From contig JANQOW010000066.1 of the NCBI GenBank assembly GCA_028285595.1, forward strand, positions 350 through 64,349: 64,000 nt of DNA, given 5' to 3'. Under the pieces are notes generated by a model that worked only from the letters and a program-made list of their open reading frames with translations, searched no databases and had not been told where the DNA came from. Source of the stretch: Hyphomicrobiales bacterium (GTDB taxonomy: Bacteria > Pseudomonadota > Alphaproteobacteria > Rhizobiales > CAJQND01). Shown here in pieces: positions 25,519 to 33,603 of this stretch (its first letter is position 1; each line of letters begins with the position of its first letter). The position numbers and the translations under genes were made by a program.

Positions 25519-27594
25519 CTACTTCCGCACTTCTTCGGGCAGGAACAGCATGAAGTCGTTGGCCTCACCGCCCACATGGCAGTCGTGACAGAACTTCAGA
25601 CCCGCTGAGTTCTTGCCACCAGTCAGGCCAAACAGCTTGCCGCCCGGCATCACCATGGCATAGCGCCAGTTCGATGTTTCCGCGTTGAAGCCTCTGACCA
25701 TCTTCTCCATGATGAACAAGGGTCCGAGGGCCACTTTGCCATCGGGCTGGACGACGAAACTGGGTTTCGCCACCGTTGTTCCAATCGGCATCTTGCTGTC
25801 TTGCGCGTCATACTTGGTGTAGGCGCTGAGACCGACCTTGTTCACATGATTGGTCACGAACCGGCCACCATGAGTATCGGAGCGGTAGCCATGCTTGGAG
25901 ACCGTGTTGAAGCGCTTCCAGCGTGCTGTCGCCCAGTGGCCGGACTTGCCGTACGACTTGATCTGCGCCTTGCGGACACAGTCAGCCAGAGCGGCCAGTT
26001 CAGCAGCACTCACGTCAACCGCCGGTGCAGCACCGCAGGCCCCGCACGCTGCAGCGCAGGGATTGCACGCACCGCAGGCTTTCTTAGCCGCACAGGGATT
26101 GCAGGCACCGCAAGCGGCCTTGCACGGATTGCACTTCTTGGCGGCGCAGGGATTGCACGCACCGCAAGGATTGCACTTCTTGGCCGCGCACGGGTTGCAC
26201 GCGCCGCAAGCGGCCTTGCACGGATTGCAGGCACCGCAGGCGGACACCTTCTTAACCGCACAGGGGTTGCAGGCAATGCGCGGAACCACGCATTCCGTCA
26301 GAGCCGCTGCCGAAGCCGCGCCGCAAGGATTGCACGGATTGCAAGCACCGCATGCGCCACACGCCGCTTTACAGGGATTGCAAGCTGCGCAAGGGTTACA
26401 CTTCTTAGCCGCGCACGGGTTGCACGGGTTGCATGCGCCGCAAGCCGCCTTACACGGATTGCACTTCTTGGCAGCGCAAGGGTTGCACGCCGCACAGGCC
26501 GCTTTGCAAGGATTGCACTTGGCCGCTGCACAGGGATTGCAAGCCGCTTTGCACGGATTACACTTAGCTGCTGCACAAGGGTTGCAAGCTGCTTTGCACG
26601 GGTTGCACTTGGCTGCCGCGCAAGGATTGCAGGCCGCTTTACACGGGTTGCACTTGGCTGCCGCGCAAGGGTTGCAGGCCGCTTTGCAAGGATTGCACTT
26701 GGCCGCTGCACAGGGATTGCACGCCGCGCAAGCCGCTTTGCACGGATTGCACTTAGCAGCCGCGCAAGGGTTGCAGGACACGCGCACGCGCTTCACGGCA
26801 AAGCCGTTGCCCTGCTCCAGCGAAGAGCTCTTGCAAGGATTACACTTCTTGGCTTTGCAAGGATTGCACCCGCCACACTTTGCAGCGCAGGGGTTACATT
26901 TCTTGGCCGCACAAGGGTTGCACGCACCGCAAGCCGCTTTGCACGGGTTGCACTTAGCAGCCGCGCAAGGGTTGCAAGAGGTGCGCACGCGCTTCACGGC
27001 AAAGCCGTTGCCTTGCTCCAGCGAAGAGCTCTTGCACGGATTGCACTTCTTAGCCTTGCAAGGATTGCAACCGCCGCACTTTGCAGCGCACGGGTTACAT
27101 TTCTTGGCTGCACAAGGGTTACACGCACCGCAGGCCGCTTTGCACGGATTGCATTTCGCTGCCGCACATGGGTTGCAGGACACGCGCACGCGCTTCACGG
27201 CAAAGCCGTTGCCTTGCTCCAGCGATGAGCTCTTGCAAGGGTTACACTTCTTGGCTTTGCAAGGATTGCAAGCGCCGCAGGCGGCACCGCATGCTGCGCC
27301 GCACGGGTTACACTTCTTGGCAGCGCACGGGCTACATGCGCTTGCCGCACAGGGATTACATTTCTTAGCCGCAGAACAGGGGTTACAGGCGGCGACCCGA
27401 ATGCGCTTCTGCGCCGTCGGATTGCCCGGCTGTCCCGCACGCTTCTGGGCCACCGGGTTTTCACCCGAACGGTTGACAGCAGCCGGATTAGCCTTGCTGG
27501 CATTTGCCGGTCCGGAGACAGACAAGCCAATTGCAACGCCCAAGGCCACTGGCACAACGGCCACAGACGAGAGCAGTTCGTTTTTGCTGATCAT
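25519..27594 (-). CDS. secreted cysteine-repeat (about 45 x CNPC) protein with C-terminal cytochrome P460/c'-beta-like haem domain
   Basis: ATG 27594 preceded by GGGAGGA. Signal-peptide-like MISKNELLSSVAVVPVALGVAIGLSVSGPANA. Residues about 78-529 (track numbering) consist almost only of C/N/P/A/K/G. The C-terminal about 160 aa carry NWRYAMV...FCHDCH...DFMLFLP, the only CXXCH in the protein. Confidence 0.85.
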   Translation of the reverse strand: MISKNELLSSVAVVPVALGVAIGLSVSGPANASKANPAAVNRSGENPVAQKRAGQPGNPTAQKRIRVAACNPCSAAKKCNPCAASACSPCAAKKCNPCGAACGAACGACNPCKAKKCNPCKSSSLEQGNGFAVKRVRVSCNPCAAAKCNPCKAACGACNPCAAKKCNPCAAKCGGCNPCKAKKCNPCKSSSLEQGNGFAVKRVRTSCNPCAAAKCNPCKAACGACNPCAAKKCNPCAAKCGGCNPCKAKKCNPCKSSSLEQGNGFAVKRVRVSCNPCAAAKCNPCKAACAACNPCAAAKCNPCKAACNPCAAAKCNPCKAACNPCAAAKCNPCKAACNPCAAAKCNPCKAACNPCAAAKCNPCKAACAACNPCAAKKCNPCKAACGACNPCNPCAAKKCNPCAACNPCKAACGACGACNPCNPCGAASAAALTECVVPRIACNPCAVKKVSACGACNPCKAACGACNPCAAKKCNPCGACNPCAAKKCNPCKAACGACNPCAAKKACGACNPCAAACGACGAAPAVDVSAAELAALADCVRKAQIKSYGKSGHWATARWKRFNTVSKHGYRSDTHGGRFVTNHVNKVGLSAYTKYDAQDSKMPIGTTVAKPSFVVQPDGKVALGPLFIMEKMVRGFNAETSNWRYAMVMPGGKLFGLTGGKNSAGLKFCHDCHVGGEANDFMLFLPEEVRK
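26497..26721 (-). repeat. in-frame 45-bp tandem repeat x5 (15-aa unit CNPCAAAKCNPCKAA)
   Basis: Units start at 26497, 26542, 26587, 26632 and 26677. The first and last units are nearly identical; the middle units differ at synonymous sites. Confidence 0.85.
26700..27260 (-). repeat. in-frame 201-bp tandem repeat, about 2.7 copies (67-aa unit containing KSSSLEQGNGFAVKRVR plus six CNPC motifs)
   Basis: The phase marker GGTTGCA(G/A)GA recurs at 26769, 26970 and 27171. Two full units differ at 21 of 201 nt by hand alignment but at only one amino acid. Confidence 0.85.
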
Positions 27595-27795
27595 TAGGTT
27601 CCTCCCGAAAATGATCAATTGAGGTCAGTGTGCGAATGCACAAAGGAAAGTCGGTCAGGATGCGGACTATATGTACGCCGGACAACAGAGACGGCCTTCC
27701 GACGGACAACCTATCAAAGCCGTCGCGCACGTGTTTTCACATGAGGAGTTCAGTGGTTCACTAAAGCGTGAGGATTATAAACCGTCCGTAAACGG

Positions 27796-28659
27796 CTATT
27801 CGCGCACCAAACGGAAGCCAACCAAAATGTGCTTAATCGCCTTCGGCCGCCCGTGACGTGCGGCCGGGCGGCAGACGCCGCAGCCGCTGTCATCCCACGA
27901 TCCACCCTTGACCCGGAAGCGGTCTTTGCCCGTCGGCGTCGACGTCCATTCAAACACCTGACCCGCCGCATCCAGCAGACCGAAGGGGCTGGCACCCTTT
28001 GGAAACTTGCCCACGTTCACGGTGTCAAACGGACCCTTATCGTGACTGTTGAGCAGCTTGGCATCATAGGTGTTGCCCCAGGGGAAGTAGCGGCCATCGG
28101 TGCCGCGCGCGGCCTTCTCCCACTCCTTCTCCGTGGGCAGGCGCCACTTATGGCCGGTTTGTTTGGAGAGCCAGGCCGCGTAAGCCTGAACATCGTCGTG
28201 GGACACCATCACCACGGGATGTTCGGCGCGGCCTTCCGGGTAGGTGCCCTTTGACCAGGCGTGGCGCAGCGCCCGCTCATAGGGGTGAATGAGCTTGTAG
28301 GACGCCCAAACGCGCGGCTTCACCCGAGGGATCCGGTGGCCCGTGGCTTTCGTGAAGGCCCGATACTGAGCGTTCGTAATCGCCGACTTGGAAATGGCGA
28401 AGGCCGGCAGACTGATTGTCCGCCGCTTGTCCTCAAAGTCGTACCAGCGCTGCTTGCGGGTCACCGAATGGCCATAGGCTTTCTCGTCCAACCTGTAGGC
28501 AGCCTCACGTTCAGCTTGATCGGATCCGGTGATGAACGCGCCGGCAGGGATGGAGATCACCTCAGGCACCAGCTCTGGGGCGAGGGTGTCGGCACCCGCG
28601 TTGACCGCCAGCCAAATGAGGAGGGCAATGTTCACGGTTATAGATGAAATCAACCGCAC
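27796..28659 (-). CDS. secreted formylglycine-generating-enzyme (FGE/SUMF1/EgtB/PvdO) family protein
   Basis: Signal peptide MRLISSITVNIALLIWLAVNAGA. FGE-sulfatase-fold motifs (IPAGAFITGS, ITNAQYRAFTKATGH, HPVVMVSHDDVQAYAAWL, VFEWTS, VKGGSWDDSGCGVCRPAARHG, VGFRLV). Confidence 0.8.
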   Translation of the reverse strand: MRLISSITVNIALLIWLAVNAGADTLAPELVPEVISIPAGAFITGSDQAEREAAYRLDEKAYGHSVTRKQRWYDFEDKRRTISLPAFAISKSAITNAQYRAFTKATGHRIPRVKPRVWASYKLIHPYERALRHAWSKGTYPEGRAEHPVVMVSHDDVQAYAAWLSKQTGHKWRLPTEKEWEKAARGTDGRYFPWGNTYDAKLLNSHDKGPFDTVNVGKFPKGASPFGLLDAAGQVFEWTSTPTGKDRFRVKGGSWDDSGCGVCRPAARHGRPKAIKHILVGFRLVRE

Positions 28660-28680
28660 CAGATCAGCCGGCCCGGCGCA

Positions 28681-29400
28681 TCAAGCCGCCTTGCCGTGCG
28701 ACAGGATTGCCTGGCGCACCGCGGATATCTGCTTGGGCACATCGATCGACGTCTCCGACGTCACTTCAAGGTCGCGGTCTTCATAGACGTCACGGTCCGG
28801 GTGTTTCTCCTGCCACTCGGCCATCACTTGGTCGCGCTCGCGAATCAGCGCCTCGATCTGCGGGCGGAACAACACCATCATCGAGGAGACCCAGCGGTTG
28901 GTGGCAAGACAGGGATAGGTGTGGTCCATCTTGAACTTGCCAAGCAGTTCGATCGTGTCCTCTGCGGAGTAGTAGCTCTCATCGGTCACCCACCTGTTGG
29001 TGGTGAACAGACCAATGGGCTTGCCCGGCGCGTTCATGGAAATCGCTACGAAGTGGCACAGCGCATCCTTGCCCAGAGGCCGCTCCCCCTCGCCCTCATA
29101 GGGTGCCGGCTGGATACGCTTGGGCATGGCCTTGGCGCGCAGGAACGTATGGAAGTGGCCGTGCTCCTCGTCCCGGTGGGCATGGTAGTAATATTGTGAG
29201 CCATACTGGTCGTCGTAAATGTCGCCCGACGGATAATGGTCGAACTCATAAAACGTGCCCTGATTGGCAAGGCACTGCCCCACCACATTCGCGTTGGTCT
29301 TGCCTAAGAGGCGGTAGCATTCCTCAATCTCCGAACCGGCAGCGGCCATTTCTTCCAGCTGCTCACGAGGCAAATCGCTGAGTTTCACTTTAAGGCTCAT
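28681..29400 (-). CDS. His-rich hypothetical protein (239 aa, no signal peptide)
   Basis: ATG 29400 (MSLKVKLSDLPREQLEEM). Motif FDHYPSGDIYDD..GSQYYYHAHRDEEHGHFHTF suggests a metal site. Its stop is 21 nt from the FGE-like start. Family not recognised. Confidence 0.55.
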   Translation of the reverse strand: MSLKVKLSDLPREQLEEMAAAGSEIEECYRLLGKTNANVVGQCLANQGTFYEFDHYPSGDIYDDQYGSQYYYHAHRDEEHGHFHTFLRAKAMPKRIQPAPYEGEGERPLGKDALCHFVAISMNAPGKPIGLFTTNRWVTDESYYSAEDTIELLGKFKMDHTYPCLATNRWVSSMMVLFRPQIEALIRERDQVMAEWQEKHPDRDVYEDRDLEVTSETSIDVPKQISAVRQAILSHGKAA

Positions 29401-29633
29401 TTTGAGTTTAGGCGTCTTATACGTTGGATTTGCGGACCAATTTACTCCGCCGTGTGCGGACGAACAGCCCCTAGCGATCATATAACGCACAAACTTGCGT
29501 GATCGGCCCCCATGTTTTCGCCATTTTTGGCACAAATGTAGGGAAAACGACTGGCCGTTATGGTTAATAATAGCTTAACAAAAAAGTGGCACCACAGCGG
29601 CAAGGACGGTGGATTGGGAGGAAGGTCAAGCAA

Positions 29634-31280
29634 ATGATAGACAAACCGGTTGGACGCCCGCTTCGAACACTGGCCGCCACTTTGGCGCTGGCAACGCTGA
29701 CAGGTCTCGGCGCCTCCCCGGCGGTCGCGCAAAAGGGCGACAGCTTCTCCACCCGCAATGAAGTTTCTGCTCAGGTGGCCACCATCCTCAATTCTGAGGG
29801 CCGGCTGCCCATGCCCGTTCAAATCGTGCGCCCTGCCCTTACCAAGCACTACGTGGACAATGAGGGGCGTCTGTTCTGGGTCGGCTCGCCGCGGATGGAC
29901 CAGTTGATCGAGCGCCTGTCGAACGCCGCGCGCGACGGCCTCTTCACGCGGGATTACCCGATCGAATATCTCACCACACTCAAAGACAGCCTGCAGGCCG
30001 GCGAAGCGTTCACGGAAGCCTATGCGGAACTCGCCTTCAGTGCGTTCTTTCTGAAATATGCGTCCGATCTGAAAATCGGACGCTTTGTGCCGCGCAAGAT
30101 CGACCCTGAACTGTTTGTCTCCCGTAAGAAGCTGGACCTGGTGCCGGTTCTCGCCAAGCTCAACACCTATCCGTCGCTTGATGCCTTCTTCACCGATTGG
30201 GAACCCCAGAACTCTGAATATCGCACCTTGCGCAACGCGCTGCGCCAATACCAAGCCATCGTGGCTAAGGGTGGCTGGCAGGCGGTGGACCCCGGCGAGA
30301 CCTTAAAGCCCGGCATGATCGACCCACGGGTGGCGCAGGTGCGCGCGCGTCTGATGGCCTCTGGCGACCTCACCCAATCGGCAGATGATCCCAACCTCTA
30401 TGATGAGGGTCTGGAGATTGCCGTGCGCCAGTTCCAAACCGAACATGGGCTGGACAGCGACGGCGTTGTCGGCAAACAGAGCATCTTTGCCATGAACGTT
30501 TCGGCCGAAGAGCGGGTGCGCCAGATCATCGTAAACCTGGAGCGCTGGCGCTGGTTGCCGGAAGACTTGGGCGACCGCCACATTCTGGTGAACGTGGCCA
30601 GCTTTGAGCTGCGCCGCGTGGAGTATGGTTCGCTGCAGGAAGTCATTCGTGTTGTGGTGGGCAAACCCGGCACGCGCACGCCCGTGTTCTCCAACAAGAT
30701 CCGCTATCTGGAGCTGAACCCCACCTGGACCGTGCCGCGCTCCATTGCCACAAAAGAGATGCTGCCGAAGCTGCAAGCCAATCCTGGCTATCTCGGCAAC
30801 AATTTTGAGCTGCTCCAGGGCGGTCAGTCCATTCCGTTCGGGGCGGTCGACTGGGCCTCTGTCACGCGGTCCAACTTCGCGTACACCATTCGCCAGAAAC
30901 CAGGTCCGAAGAACGCGCTGGGCCGGGTCAAGTTCATGTTCCCCAACAAGCATGCGATCTATCTGCATGACACCCCGTCACGCAGCCTGTTCGGCCGCAC
31001 CACACGGGCCTTCTCGCACGGCTGCATCCGTGTCGGCCGCCCGCTCCATCTGGCCAATCAACTGCTTCAGGAGGCGCCGGGTAAATGGTCATTGAAGAAG
31101 ATCCAGACGGTTCTGGACTCTGCCAAGATCACTCGGGTCAATCTGCCCGAGCCCTTGCCGGTGCACCTCACCTATTCCACAGTGTTCCGTGGCCTCAACG
31201 GCGCCATCAACTTTCGGCCGGACATTTATGGCCGCGATAAACGGCTCTATCGTGCCCTCTTTGGCAAACATACCCCCTGA
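29634..31280 (+). CDS. L,D-transpeptidase family protein (YcbB-like: PG-binding domain + YkuD catalytic domain)
   Basis: ATG 29634. Signal peptide LRTLAATLALATLTGLGASPAVA. PG_binding_1-like LEIAVRQFQTEHGLDSDGVVG. Catalytic HDTP...SHGCIRV motif. Confidence 0.85.
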   Translation: MIDKPVGRPLRTLAATLALATLTGLGASPAVAQKGDSFSTRNEVSAQVATILNSEGRLPMPVQIVRPALTKHYVDNEGRLFWVGSPRMDQLIERLSNAARDGLFTRDYPIEYLTTLKDSLQAGEAFTEAYAELAFSAFFLKYASDLKIGRFVPRKIDPELFVSRKKLDLVPVLAKLNTYPSLDAFFTDWEPQNSEYRTLRNALRQYQAIVAKGGWQAVDPGETLKPGMIDPRVAQVRARLMASGDLTQSADDPNLYDEGLEIAVRQFQTEHGLDSDGVVGKQSIFAMNVSAEERVRQIIVNLERWRWLPEDLGDRHILVNVASFELRRVEYGSLQEVIRVVVGKPGTRTPVFSNKIRYLELNPTWTVPRSIATKEMLPKLQANPGYLGNNFELLQGGQSIPFGAVDWASVTRSNFAYTIRQKPGPKNALGRVKFMFPNKHAIYLHDTPSRSLFGRTTRAFSHGCIRVGRPLHLANQLLQEAPGKWSLKKIQTVLDSAKITRVNLPEPLPVHLTYSTVFRGLNGAINFRPDIYGRDKRLYRALFGKHTP

Positions 31281-31318
31281 GCCGACCAGGTCTTAAGGCG
31301 TGGTGCTCAGACTTCAAA

Positions 31319-32104
31319 TCAGCCGAACTGCTGATGGGCTCTCAGCTCGGACGAAGCTGGAACGAAAAGGCAATCAATCTGCCACAGCGCGCCATCCAGT
31401 GGCCGCCGGTGAAATTCGAGAATATCGTATAGTACAAAGCCTCGTTCTGACATGAACTCGATCATTTCATGGAAGATTGGCGCGCCTTTGTTCACGGCGA
31501 TCAATGAGAGCTCAAGCACAACAGCATTGACGCTTGATAGAACGTCTTGAGCCCCCTTCAGAACTTCAAGCTCATATCCTTGAACATCAATCTTCAGGAT
31601 ATCTACCGTCCGTCCGCCAACGAGTTTATCAAGGGCTTGCAAGGTTCGGTGTTCAATTTCCCTGTCGATAGCGCTTTGTTCAGCGTACACAGATGATCCG
31701 GTTTCCATCACGTGAAAATCAACGGCCTCGCCCGACTGCGCTCCCAGAAGCTCGCAAGCAACATCTCCATTGATTTCCTTGGCCACCTTTTCGAGGATCG
31801 GCAGTTTACTCTCATTAGGCTCAATCATGAGGACTGTGGCGGACGGCCATATGCCGTGGATCATCCGCGCCCAATCGCCCTCATAAGCCCCCACATCAAC
31901 CACAAACTCAGGAGAAAAGTTCAATTTGGCCAACGCGCTCAGGGCCTGCGCTTGGTCAGGCGCATTGGCGCGGCGGTGCGCTTCTAACAGAAATTGTTCC
32001 TCTGCCAGGGCGATACCAAGTTTAAGAATGAACTTTCGGATCGAAAATGGAAGTAAAGTGGTTAGCACCCTCACCAGTGTCGTTTTTAAGTTCTGGCTCG
32101 GCAT
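31319..32104 (-). CDS. FkbM-family SAM-dependent methyltransferase
   Basis: VVDVGAYEGDW ... ILKIDVQGYELEVLKG pattern of Methyltransf_21/FkbM. Lower GC than flanking genes. Confidence 0.7.
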   Translation of the reverse strand: MPSQNLKTTLVRVLTTLLPFSIRKFILKLGIALAEEQFLLEAHRRANAPDQAQALSALAKLNFSPEFVVDVGAYEGDWARMIHGIWPSATVLMIEPNESKLPILEKVAKEINGDVACELLGAQSGEAVDFHVMETGSSVYAEQSAIDREIEHRTLQALDKLVGGRTVDILKIDVQGYELEVLKGAQDVLSSVNAVVLELSLIAVNKGAPIFHEMIEFMSERGFVLYDILEFHRRPLDGALWQIDCLFVPASSELRAHQQFG

Positions 32105-32365
32105 GGTTTAGTCTCGAATAGAAGGGTTCAAAATACATGCCTTGTACTCAGCACGTGATTTCGATTTTGGCTTATGGATTTGGGATTGTTAATCCGAACC
32201 ACCGCACGCAATTAGGCGAACCCATATAACAAAGTCAACGCTAATTCCATTGCCGGTCAGAGACGGCCAAGTGGATGGATCAGCGGCGAGATTGTAAATG
32301 TTGCGGCGCGCCCGGCCACCGCCAGCATGCATGGAGTGCGACGGCGGTTTGTCCGCAAGGACGTC

Positions 32366-32404
32366 TCCAAACAAAAGAAAAGCGGCCTCGCGCGGCCGCT
32401 TTTC
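32366..32404 (-). terminator. strong rho-independent terminator after the VPLPA-CTERM protein gene
   Basis: GAAAAGCGGCC (32377-32387) pairs with GGCCGCTTTTC (32394-32404) across a 6-nt loop. On the minus strand the hairpin is followed by TTTTGTTTGG. Confidence 0.8.
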
Positions 32405-32426
32405 CATAGTGTCTTGTGATAAAGGA

Positions 32427-33197
32427 CTAGGCTTTACCGAGCTTCCGCTTGCGCCGCCAGCCCATGAGGCCCATCAGTCCAAGACCACCCGCCAAGAGCG
32501 GCAGAGCGGCCGGGACCGGAACTTCAGGCACATTGTTGCCGGGATCTGTGAAGTCCACCGTGATGGATTTCAACTTCCATTTGTCGTTGCCGTCGAAAGC
32601 GCCGAACATGTACATAGCGCTTTGAACGGTTCCGAAATTCGTGAACGGGTTATCGTCTTGCCTGAAGCTCAGATAGTCGTCCGTTCCGTAAGTCCCGTCG
32701 TCGTTGGCATCGAAGCCCCAACGGAAGTCGTCGCCGTTAGAAGGGTTGAACAACCCAAAAGACACCGATGACATTCCCACGTCTATATCATTGCCGTTGA
32801 AGGTGAAGGCAGCGGTGATGAAGTTGTCCCAGCCGTTACCGTCAACCTGATGATTATCGCCAGGACGTGTTGTAACGCCGGCACCGCCAACGTAACGCCC
32901 GATCCGAATATCACTGGCAGGGTTTAAAGTTTGGTTCGGTCCACCAATGGTGTAACCGTTAGGAATTGGATCAATGTTCCTATTGCCGCCGGTGGCATCC
33001 AAACTATTTGTGAACGCTCCAGCGGTGAACGTACCAGTAAGCCCGCCCACCGTCAGCGAGAACGATTGTGACAGTGAGTTATAGTTCGTCGAATCTTGTT
33101 GGCCTGGTGGTACCGAGAGATCGAAAGTGATAGGCACTGCGCCTACAGCACCAGCAGTCAGCACCAGAAAGGCGCCACTTAACACCATACTTTTCAT
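32427..33197 (-). CDS. secreted protein with C-terminal VPLPA-CTERM-type exosortase sorting signal
   Basis: Signal peptide MKSMVLSGAFLVLTAGAVGA. The C-terminus VPVPAALPLLAGGLGLMGLMGWRRKRK reads as motif, then TM helix, then a basic cluster. Confidence 0.8.
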   Translation of the reverse strand: MKSMVLSGAFLVLTAGAVGAVPITFDLSVPPGQQDSTNYNSLSQSFSLTVGGLTGTFTAGAFTNSLDATGGNRNIDPIPNGYTIGGPNQTLNPASDIRIGRYVGGAGVTTRPGDNHQVDGNGWDNFITAAFTFNGNDIDVGMSSVSFGLFNPSNGDDFRWGFDANDDGTYGTDDYLSFRQDDNPFTNFGTVQSAMYMFGAFDGNDKWKLKSITVDFTDPGNNVPEVPVPAALPLLAGGLGLMGLMGWRRKRKLGKA

Positions 33198-33603
33198 TGG
33201 CTTTCCCCAATAAATTACAACTCAGCTTCCCCGTTAATAAATTGTTAACGGAAAATAGAAAAGAACGCAAGTCTTGAAACACAATAAGTAGACAAAATGC
33301 GATAACCTTAAAATCACCTTTTTAGTGGCATATCATCCAATGCCCATCAGATTAACGATTGTGTTGCGCTCTCTGGAGTAGAAGATCACAGAATTTCACC
33401 CAAGTATGATGCACTTCATACTGCCGGATACATCGACACTCATTCAATAGATACTTAGATATCATAACATATAGCTATCGCATGAACTCTTAGGCGCCAT
33501 GATCATTCGTCGCCCAACTACGTTCCGTCCTTAACTTCGGGAAGTGTCGTGGCTGTTGTCGCCTATCCGCTTAATCTGGGGGCAATCCGTCAGCATGCTT
33601 GGG

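Noticed and set aside
26497-27260. Tandem repeats that could be mistaken for a CRISPR array or a minisatellite in non-coding DNA
   Set aside because: The units are contiguous (no spacers), their lengths are multiples of three (45 and 201 bp), they lie in frame inside one ORF, and their differences are synonymous. No cas genes are present.
25519-27594. Possibility that the Cys-rich protein is a giant multihaem cytochrome
   Set aside because: CNPC motifs are followed by A, K, G, N or S, never by His. The only CXXCH motif is CHDCH near the C-terminus.
25801-27622. Two very long plus-strand ORFs (475 aa and 575 aa) and several minus-strand off-frame ORFs covering the CNPC-repeat gene
   Set aside because: They are antisense or off-frame shadows of a repetitive, GC-rich coding sequence. 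Their translations are monotonous (GLHGLQAPQAAL..., RIARTA...), with no start context, signal or domain. The minus-strand frame, by contrast, has an SD-ATG, a signal peptide, a globular haem domain and a terminator.
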